DNA from: a bacterium
GTDB taxonomy: Bacteria; Patescibacteriota; Patescibacteriia; JAHIZJ01
DNA: 64,000 nucleotides
Direction: 5' to 3'
Assembly: GCA_030699685.1 (NCBI GenBank)
Contig: JAUYLJ010000027.1
Span: 12,601-76,600, forward strand
Shown: positions 57,550 to 64,000 of the stretch, one piece after another
How positions within the stretch are numbered: the first letter of the stretch is position 1
Layout: the number at the start of each line of letters is the position of its first letter
Notes under the pieces: generated by a model
Told to the model about the DNA's origin: nothing
Database searches by the model: none
Seen by the model: the letters and a program-made list of their open reading frames with translations, nothing else
Made by a program: the position numbers and the translations under genes

Positions 57550-59544
57550 TTAAGCAATAAGTGACACAATAAGGAGAGCAACAATATTGAGGATTTTTAT
57601 CATCGGATTGATTGCCGGCCCGGCTGTATCTTTATAGGGGTCGCCAACCGTGTCGCCAGTGACAGCCGCCTGATGAGCCAGGGAGCCTTTGCCGCCATGA
57701 TGGCCTTCCTCAATATATTTTTTCGCGTTATCCCAAGCGGCCCCGCCCGTCGTCATGGAGATGGCAACGAAAATACCAGTAACGATACTACCGACCAGCA
57801 CGCCACCGAGCGCCACCGGCCCCAGCAAAAATCCAACCAGGATAGGCACGATAACCGGAATGAGAGCCGGCACGATCATTTCCTTAATAGCTGACTTGGT
57901 AACGATATCAACCGCTCGCGAGTAGTCTGCCTCTGCTTTTCCTTCCATCAAGCCTGTTATTTCTTTAAACTGGCGACGCACTTCGGTTACCACCGCGCTG
58001 GCCGCCCGTCCCACCGCTTCCATCGACAGCGCGCCGAAGAAGTAGGGCAACAAGCCACCAATGAAGAGACCGACCAAAACGTTCGGATCCGAGAGCAGGA
58101 ATTCATAGCTTGTTTCGGCCGTATCCAGCTCCTGGATATATGAAGCAAAAAGCACCAAGGCGGCCAAACCAGCCGAACCGATCGCGTAGCCTTTGGTCAC
58201 GGCTTTGGTGGTATTTCCAACAGCGTCCAATTCGTCTGTCACTTCGCGGACTTCCGGTGGCAGTTCTGCCATCTCGGCAATACCGCCGGCATTATCCGTG
58301 ATCGGACCATAGGCGTCGATTGCTACCACAATCCCTGTGAGGGAAAGCATGGAGACCACCGCCAACGCCACGCCATAAATACCGGCCAATGAATATGAAA
58401 CAAGAATTCCGGCCACAATGACCAATACCGGCCAAGCGGTTGATTTCATGGAAACTGCCAAACCGCTGATAATGTTCGTGCCGTGTCCGGTTTCCGACGC
58501 TTTGGCAATCTGGCGGACCGGCGGATATTTGCTGGAAGTGTAGTACTCGGTAATCATCACGATCGCCGCGGTCACGACAATTCCGATCAGCGTCGAGAAA
58601 TAAATTTCCCAAACGGAATACTCTCCCAGATCGCTCATCAGCCAGGAAGTAACGGGGTAGAAAGCGGCGGCTGCCAAAATAGCGCTGGCCGCCAGCCCTT
58701 TGTACATCGCCGTCATTATGCCTTTGCCTTTGCCCAATCTTACGAAAAATGTTCCGATGATCGAGGCAATGATAGAAACAGCGCCCAATGCCAACGGGTA
58801 GACCAGCGTGTTTTCGAAATTAGGAAACAAAAGCGATCCCAGCAGCATCGTCGCCACCACCGTCACGGCGTAGGTCTCATACAAATCAGCGGCCATGCCG
58901 GCGCAATCGCCGACATTATCGCCGACATTGTCCGCAATCACGGCGGGATTTCGCGGATCGTCTTCCGGAATTCCCGCTTCAACTTTACCAACCAGGTCAG
59001 CTCCAACGTCTGCGGCTTTGGTATAGATACCTCCGCCCAGGCGGGCAAAGACGGAAATCAGACTGCCGCCAAAACCCAAACCTACCAACGCGTTGATATC
59101 TTTGGTCAGGGCATAGAATCCAGCCACACCCAAGAGGGCTAGTCCAACTACCAGCATACCAGTGACTGATCCGCCATTGAAAGCGACCTTGAGAGCCGCC
59201 CCCATTCCCACTTTAGCTTGTTCGGCCGTGCGGATATTAGCGCGCACTGAAACATTCATACCAATATATCCAGCAACCGCCGATAATACGGCGCCGACCA
59301 CAAATCCGGCCGCTGTTTTAACATCGATAAAGACCCAAAGCAAAATAAACACGACCACGGCAATGGCCGCGACCGCTTTCGTTTGTCTATTAAGATACGC
59401 TTTAGCGCCGCTTTGGATGGCTGCCGCGATTTTTTGCATGCGTTCGTTACCTGTTGGTACGCGCAGGATTTGTCGAATTAACAACAACCCGTACAGTATC
59501 GCCGCGGCGCTGGCGGCCAATGCAAACCATAGTACACTGCTCAT
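57550..59544 (-). CDS. hppA: membrane-bound proton/sodium-translocating pyrophosphatase
   Basis: [17 protein letters not shown] and DNVGDNVGD signatures. Confidence 0.9.
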   Translation of the reverse strand: MSSVLWFALAASAAAILYGLLLIRQILRVPTGNERMQKIAAAIQSGAKAYLNRQTKAVAAIAVVVFILLWVFIDVKTAAGFVVGAVLSAVAGYIGMNVSVRANIRTAEQAKVGMGAALKVAFNGGSVTGMLVVGLALLGVAGFYALTKDINALVGLGFGGSLISVFARLGGGIYTKAADVGADLVGKVEAGIPEDDPRNPAVIADNVGDNVGDCAGMAADLYETYAVTVVATMLLGSLLFPNFENTLVYPLALGAVSIIASIIGTFFVRLGKGKGIMTAMYKGLAASAILAAAAFYPVTSWLMSDLGEYSVWEIYFSTLIGIVVTAAIVMITEYYTSSKYPPVRQIAKASETGHGTNIISGLAVSMKSTAWPVLVIVAGILVSYSLAGIYGVALAVVSMLSLTGIVVAIDAYGPITDNAGGIAEMAELPPEVREVTDELDAVGNTTKAVTKGYAIGSAGLAALVLFASYIQELDTAETSYEFLLSDPNVLVGLFIGGLLPYFFGALSMEAVGRAASAVVTEVRRQFKEITGLMEGKAEADYSRAVDIVTKSAIKEMIVPALIPVIVPILVGFLLGPVALGGVLVGSIVTGIFVAISMTTGGAAWDNAKKYIEEGHHGGKGSLAHQAAVTGDTVGDPYKDTAGPAINPMIKILNIVALLIVSLIA

Positions 59545-59562
59545 GGAAACGTGGTTTAATTC

Positions 59563-60957
59563 TTAACTCGCGTCCGGCTTCTTTTCGGCCGCGTCTTCTA
59601 TCTTGGGTTCCTCCTGGTCCGAATCGTTTTCTTTCGGTTGCGAATCTTCTTTTACTTCAATCTCAGCTTTCTGTTCTTTTTTGCCGTCTGAATCAACATC
59701 GACGCCTGTCTGCTCTTCTTCCTTAGCCTCGGCTTTTTCGTCTTTTGCCTTTTGCGGTTTCCTTCTAGCAGGTTCGGGCTCGCCCTCCTTCACGACGTCA
59801 ATTCTCCAGCCCGTCAGCTTGGCGGCCAGGCGCACGTTTTGACCGCCCCGGCCGATCGCTAGCGACAGCTGATCTTCTTTCACTTCAGCCAGTGCCGCTT
59901 TTTCCTCTTCTTTAATCATGACGCTTAATACCTTCGCTGGAGCCAGCGCGTTGATGATAAATTTCACCGGATCGTCTTCATGCTCCACGATATCAATCTT
60001 CTCGCCGCCAAGTTCGGAAATGACGGTCTGGACTCGCGTGCCTCTCTGCCCGACGCAGGAGCCAACCGGGTCGATATTGGGTTCGCTCGACGCCACGGCG
60101 ATCTTGGCCCGAGAACCGGCCTCTCGGGCAACTGCCTTAATCTCGACAGCACCCGAGGCAATCTCGGGAACCTCAAATTCAAATAATTTCTTGACTACCT
60201 CAGGATGCGAGCGGGACACAACAATCTCCGGACCTTTGGAGGCTTGATTGATGGTCACCAAGAAAAACTTCAACCGCAGGCCGATGTGATAGTTCTCAGA
60301 GTCAACTTGCTCCGAAGGCGGCATGATGGCCGTGGCGTCACCCAAATCCACGAAAATAAGACGTCCTTCAATCCGCTGGATCGTGCCGTTGATGATCTGT
60401 CCTTCCTTCTCTTTATAGCGTTCGAAAATAGTTTCGCGCTCAGCTTCGCGCAAACGTTGAATGATAACCTGCTTGGCCGTTTGCGCAGCCATCCGGCCAT
60501 AGGCTGCCGGCGGAAAAAGTTCCGCGCGGATTTCATCGCCGAATTTCGCTTCCTTGTTTTTTTCCTGGGCGGCTTTGAGTGTGATCATCGAACGCGGATC
60601 GTAGATCAGCACATCTTCTTCCTCGTCAGTTTCCGCGTCAGCTTTTTTATCCTCAATCTTCTCGGCCGCTTTCTTTCCCTCAGTGTGTTCGCTTTCACGG
60701 GCTTCACGACGAGCCTGGCGCTCCTCTTCTTGCCGCTCTATTTCTTCATCGGAAATATCCACGACAGTCTTCACGTCAAAAACGCGGCTGATGGCCGTCT
60801 CCGGATCGAATTCCACCACGATATTCTGATCCTTTTCACCAAAATCCTTGCGGTACGCAACCGCCAAAGCCGCTTCGATTGTCTTGATAACCGACTCTTT
60901 CGGGATATTTTTTTCCTCGCAAATTTGGTCAATTGCCTGGGATATTGGTGAGCTCAT
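59563..60957 (-). CDS. nusA: transcription termination/antitermination factor NusA with acidic/Lys-rich C-terminal extension
   Basis: N-terminal NusA domain, S1, two KH (GQRGTRVQTV, GRGGQNVRLA). Confidence 0.85.
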   Translation of the reverse strand: MSSPISQAIDQICEEKNIPKESVIKTIEAALAVAYRKDFGEKDQNIVVEFDPETAISRVFDVKTVVDISDEEIERQEEERQARREARESEHTEGKKAAEKIEDKKADAETDEEEDVLIYDPRSMITLKAAQEKNKEAKFGDEIRAELFPPAAYGRMAAQTAKQVIIQRLREAERETIFERYKEKEGQIINGTIQRIEGRLIFVDLGDATAIMPPSEQVDSENYHIGLRLKFFLVTINQASKGPEIVVSRSHPEVVKKLFEFEVPEIASGAVEIKAVAREAGSRAKIAVASSEPNIDPVGSCVGQRGTRVQTVISELGGEKIDIVEHEDDPVKFIINALAPAKVLSVMIKEEEKAALAEVKEDQLSLAIGRGGQNVRLAAKLTGWRIDVVKEGEPEPARRKPQKAKDEKAEAKEEEQTGVDVDSDGKKEQKAEIEVKEDSQPKENDSDQEEPKIEDAAEKKPDAS

Positions 60958-61030
60958 GGATGGGTGATTGGAAAATAAGTTAATTGGCTACTGGCGCGGC
61001 GATTTGATGTCGTCGTTTGGGTAACAAAAA

Positions 61031-61063
61031 AACTAGTCTACTCAACTAGTTACATGACTAGTA
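61031..61063. repeat. three ACTAGT hexamers at 13-bp spacing upstream of nusA
   Basis: 61032-61037, 61045-61050, 61058-61063. Confidence 0.4.
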
Positions 61064-61348
61064 TATACCAAGGAAGCTATTTTTTGCAAGACCTGGCCAC
61101 TGATACCATTTGGTCAAAGCTTTCGATTTGACTGGATACTGCCTACCCTGAATCGACTTTCAAACTACGCCCGATCACACTGGGTGAGCGAAGAAATCAA
61201 TCCTGAATTGCGAGAGTTGTTTGCGCCCTTTATCGCTCGATACAATGTTCAAACTCAAACGTAAAATTCCAGCAATGCCGGACCTGGCAATTCTTTATAC
61301 TCAAAAAGCTGGCGGGTTGCTACCGCCAGCTATTGTCTGAGAATGATA

Positions 61349-62509
61349 TTACTTTAAATCAGGCGGAGGCGGCGGGAAGAGCTCATCGGGCTGTCGAGTC
61401 GATGAAGAACCGGATTTGTCATTATCTTCTGACTTATCTCCTCGTGAACGGCGGACAAGATTGTCGATAATGACGATCAGCACTACCGCTAACACCATCA
61501 AACCGACAACCAGGGGCCAGTTGCCCGACTCGTCATCGTCGGTTGAAGCCGCGGCTTCATCAGCGCCCTCATTCGTATTCTCATCAGTTGATTCGCTGTC
61601 GCCATCTTCATTATTCTCTTCAGTCCCGTCGTCGTTATTTTCATTCATGGACTCGTCTGAAGTATCTCCTTCGATGGACTGGCCATTAGAATCGTCAACA
61701 GTTTCGTCAAGCTCTTCCGTTGTTACATCGTCCGTCTCATCATTGGTGGCAGTTTCCTCACCCTTCACTACGGGCTCGGTTGGATCAGGCTCAACATCGG
61801 GAACAGCGAACTCAACTATGCCGGACATGACGCTTTGTTTGCCATCAGGATCGATCGCCACAGCGCCATAGGTATGACGTCCCGGAGTCAAGTCATAGAG
61901 TGTGCGGTAGGCGAAATTGGCCACACCCGACTCGTGGTTTTTGACTGTGAACTGCCCGTTAAATCTGCTATCGATAAAAATTTGCACCAACGAATCATTG
62001 ACTGCCACACCAACCAGCCAAGGACGCTGCTTCGTAGTCGTTGGATTCACTACGGTATCAAATACCACTGGCGCCGGCATTGGCTGTTCCACGCTAAAGC
62101 GCAATACATCAGACCGGCTACTATCTTTTCCGTTGGGATTTTCCGCGATGGTGTACGCGGTGTGTGACCCCGGTTTCAGATGCAAGAACGGTTCGTAAGC
62201 AAAATTCCCGACACCAGACTCGTCATTTGTCACCATCAGCTGTCCGTTGAAGGTTCCATCAATAAACACTTTGACCAAAGAGCCGTTGAGAGCCAGGCCG
62301 GTAATCACCGGCTTGCTTACCGCTACCGAAGTTCCGTCAGCTGGAGCCAGCATCGTGGGCGCTGGATAAACAGGCTCTTCGTCCCCTTCAACCGCCACCG
62401 TCAATACCGGCGTCATCGCCAGACTGACCGCTACAAAAAAAACCAAGGCTCTGGCGATACTTGGTCGATAATCCCTCCGAAACGCTTCGAGAAAATTTAC
62501 TCGAATCAT
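61349..62509 (-). CDS. cell-surface protein with two tandem about 95-aa repeated domains, acidic linker and C-terminal TM anchor
   Basis: VFIDGTFNGQLMVTNDESGVGNFAYEP... repeated as IFIDSRFNGQFTVKNHESGVANFAYRT...; DE-rich region; C-terminal TM then PPPPPDLK. Confidence 0.5.
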   Translation of the reverse strand: MIRVNFLEAFRRDYRPSIARALVFFVAVSLAMTPVLTVAVEGDEEPVYPAPTMLAPADGTSVAVSKPVITGLALNGSLVKVFIDGTFNGQLMVTNDESGVGNFAYEPFLHLKPGSHTAYTIAENPNGKDSSRSDVLRFSVEQPMPAPVVFDTVVNPTTTKQRPWLVGVAVNDSLVQIFIDSRFNGQFTVKNHESGVANFAYRTLYDLTPGRHTYGAVAIDPDGKQSVMSGIVEFAVPDVEPDPTEPVVKGEETATNDETDDVTTEELDETVDDSNGQSIEGDTSDESMNENNDDGTEENNEDGDSESTDENTNEGADEAAASTDDDESGNWPLVVGLMVLAVVLIVIIDNLVRRSRGDKSEDNDKSGSSSTRQPDELFPPPPPDLK

Positions 62510-62562
62510 GTGTCCTGTTTCTGTTAATAATATCCGCTTTCACCCCTCCACAATGCGTTGGT

Positions 62563-62976
62563 TTACCATCTTACAGGGTAGGTCGTTTGACCGTCAAGCG
62601 ATGATTCGGGCATGGTAATGGCCACGTTCGGTAACCAGTCTAAGCTGCCGAAGCATGCCTGTGGATGAAATGCCAGTCCAATAATATCTACCTGCCAGTG
62701 CGTAAATTTAGGATGTTTTCGGATCCATTCTTGGCCGAATGATGCTAACCTTAGCAGTTTTCTATGATAGATAGCCTCCAAAGGCGGCCCGTATTTTTTT
62801 GAAGAACGCGTTTTCACTTCTACGATAATCACAGTTTTTCCACTGCCACAAAGCAAGTCAGCCTCATTTCTTCCACAGCGAATATTTCGGCCAATAATCG
62901 TGTATCCCGCTGCGCGATACCAGACTTCAGCCAGCCTTTCACCGTGATTTCCTAATGCTTTTTTGGACGCAAACAT
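62563..62976 (-). CDS. YraN-family (UPF0102) endonuclease
   Basis: GERLAEVWYRAAGYTIIGRN...IIVEVKTRSS. Confidence 0.7.
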   Translation of the reverse strand: MFASKKALGNHGERLAEVWYRAAGYTIIGRNIRCGRNEADLLCGSGKTVIIVEVKTRSSKKYGPPLEAIYHRKLLRLASFGQEWIRKHPKFTHWQVDIIGLAFHPQACFGSLDWLPNVAITMPESSLDGQTTYPVRW

Positions 62977-63021
62977 GGCGCAGTGCTTCTTTCCCCTGCC
63001 GCCTTTGTTATCTACTAAATT

Positions 63022-63591
63022 TTACCCTCCCGTAGACGGATTGACAAACACGAAGCCATAGTGAAACGGACCAGCCTCAAACGCTTCCAGTTGTTCAAAT
63101 CCGAGATCCTTGGCCATTGCCTGAATTCGCTCTGGAGGGATACGATCTTTTTCGAGCGGGCCGAAAGGCGCCCCATGCGGCTTCCAGTCCACGACCAGCA
63201 GCATGGCTTCGCGCTTCATCATCCGCTTTGTTTCTTGAAAAATTTCTTTTTGCTTTTTTGACTGGAACAACATGTTTATCAGCAGCGCGCGATCAAGCGA
63301 GGCGGTGGCGATTTTCGTGGCCTGATATATTTCTAAATTCGACCAGACAGTCCGCACATTATTAATGCCTTGCATCCTGGCTTTGCTGATGACGCTGGCC
63401 AGAACCGACTTCAAAATATCAACCGCGTACACTACTCCCTTGTCGCCAACTTTCTTAGCTGATTGTAAAGTGAAGATGCCGCTGCCGCCGCAACCTAAAT
63501 CAGCCACTGTCATGCCAAATGAGACGTTGGCTTTCTGAATAAGTTTTTGGGCGTCAAGGAGTTCGTTTCCTCCGGGAATACGGTCCACCAT
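63022..63591 (-). CDS. class I SAM-dependent methyltransferase
   Basis: VADLGCGGSGIFT motif I. Confidence 0.65.
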   Translation of the reverse strand: MVDRIPGGNELLDAQKLIQKANVSFGMTVADLGCGGSGIFTLQSAKKVGDKGVVYAVDILKSVLASVISKARMQGINNVRTVWSNLEIYQATKIATASLDRALLINMLFQSKKQKEIFQETKRMMKREAMLLVVDWKPHGAPFGPLEKDRIPPERIQAMAKDLGFEQLEAFEAGPFHYGFVFVNPSTGG

Positions 63592-63611
63592 GGTAGCTAC
63601 ATTATACCATG

Positions 63612-64000
63612 TTATTGCCGCCCTGACAACGTTGACGACAAAGCGAGTCGTATGGGCTGGAAACTTTTTCGATGGATCTCGCAGACGCCAAATTTCTTTA
63701 TCGCTCGCGAATGAAATTCCGTGCCATAGCCTTTATGCCGTGCGAATCCGTAATCGGGAAAGGTCTGCCCCGCTTGCGACAACAAGTAATCCCGAGTCAC
63801 TTTTGCCATCACCGACGCGGCGGCAATCGACCGCACTTTCGCGTCACCGTCAATAATGGAAATTGTTGGCAAAACATGCCCCAGCTTAAGAGCGTCAATG
63901 AGCAACGCCTCCGGCCGAATTGCCAAACGACCCACCGCCCTGTTCATCGCCAGCGTATTGGCGTACTGGATGCCGAAGGCGTCGATGGTCTCCACGTCAA
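63612..64000 (-). CDS. rnhB: ribonuclease HII, C-terminal part (5' end beyond window)
   Basis: SIAAASVMAKVTRD...HKGYGT...H motifs. Confidence 0.75.
   Translation of the reverse strand, partial: DVETIDAFGIQYANTLAMNRAVGRLAIRPEALLIDALKLGHVLPTISIIDGDAKVRSIAAASVMAKVTRDYLLSQAGQTFPDYGFARHKGYGTEFHSRAIKKFGVCEIHRKSFQPIRLALSSTLSGRQ

Overview
The window reads as a small-genome, streamlined bacterium of the kind seen in Candidatus Patescibacteria/CPR, though this is inference and I have no BLAST result. It shows compact housekeeping operons with no recognisable biosynthetic pathways, type IV pilin paralogs, lysine-rich extensions on L19 and NusA, an adenosylcobalamin-dependent class II RNR encoded next to a corrinoid adenosyltransferase, a membrane H+-PPase and FtsH.

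Housekeeping genes I can support are rpsA, rplS, nusA, tig, ftsH, hppA, folC, nrdJ, a late riboflavin cluster, the 2-oxoacid:ferredoxin oxidoreductase alpha/beta subunits, an RND permease, an ABC transporter and an RNase HII that runs off the window end. I count 9 intact tRNA genes, all hand-folded.

The accessory-like content, in rough order of interest:
- A tRNA-Leu(UAA) locus (43686-44283) split at the anticodon loop: a 5' half, an intact copy and a 3' half, separated by two copies of a 50-nt GC-rich double hairpin with TA duplication and a small GIY-YIG nuclease gene.
- A GC-rich island (about 38785-42800) between native pilin and NUDIX genes. It holds at least eight short ORFs with near-perfect Shine-Dalgarno sites, five of them tiny membrane peptides, plus a related hairpin and a pair of 72-bp direct repeats. 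It has no recognisable enzymes and no integrase.
- A SAM-I riboswitch with terminator (52710-52872) apparently controlling only a 64-aa Cys-rich ORF.
- tRNA-fragment debris next to the tRNA clusters at 24625-24760 and 31117-31321.
- An AT-rich insertion (13338-14040) carrying a duplicated NUDIX 5' fragment.
- An ECF-S-like membrane protein with two tandem DUF4430 paralogs (34634-36236), a candidate corrinoid-uptake module that would fit the B12-dependent RNR.

All coordinates are hand-derived from the sequence, so tRNA and RNA-element ends may be off by 1-3 nt.
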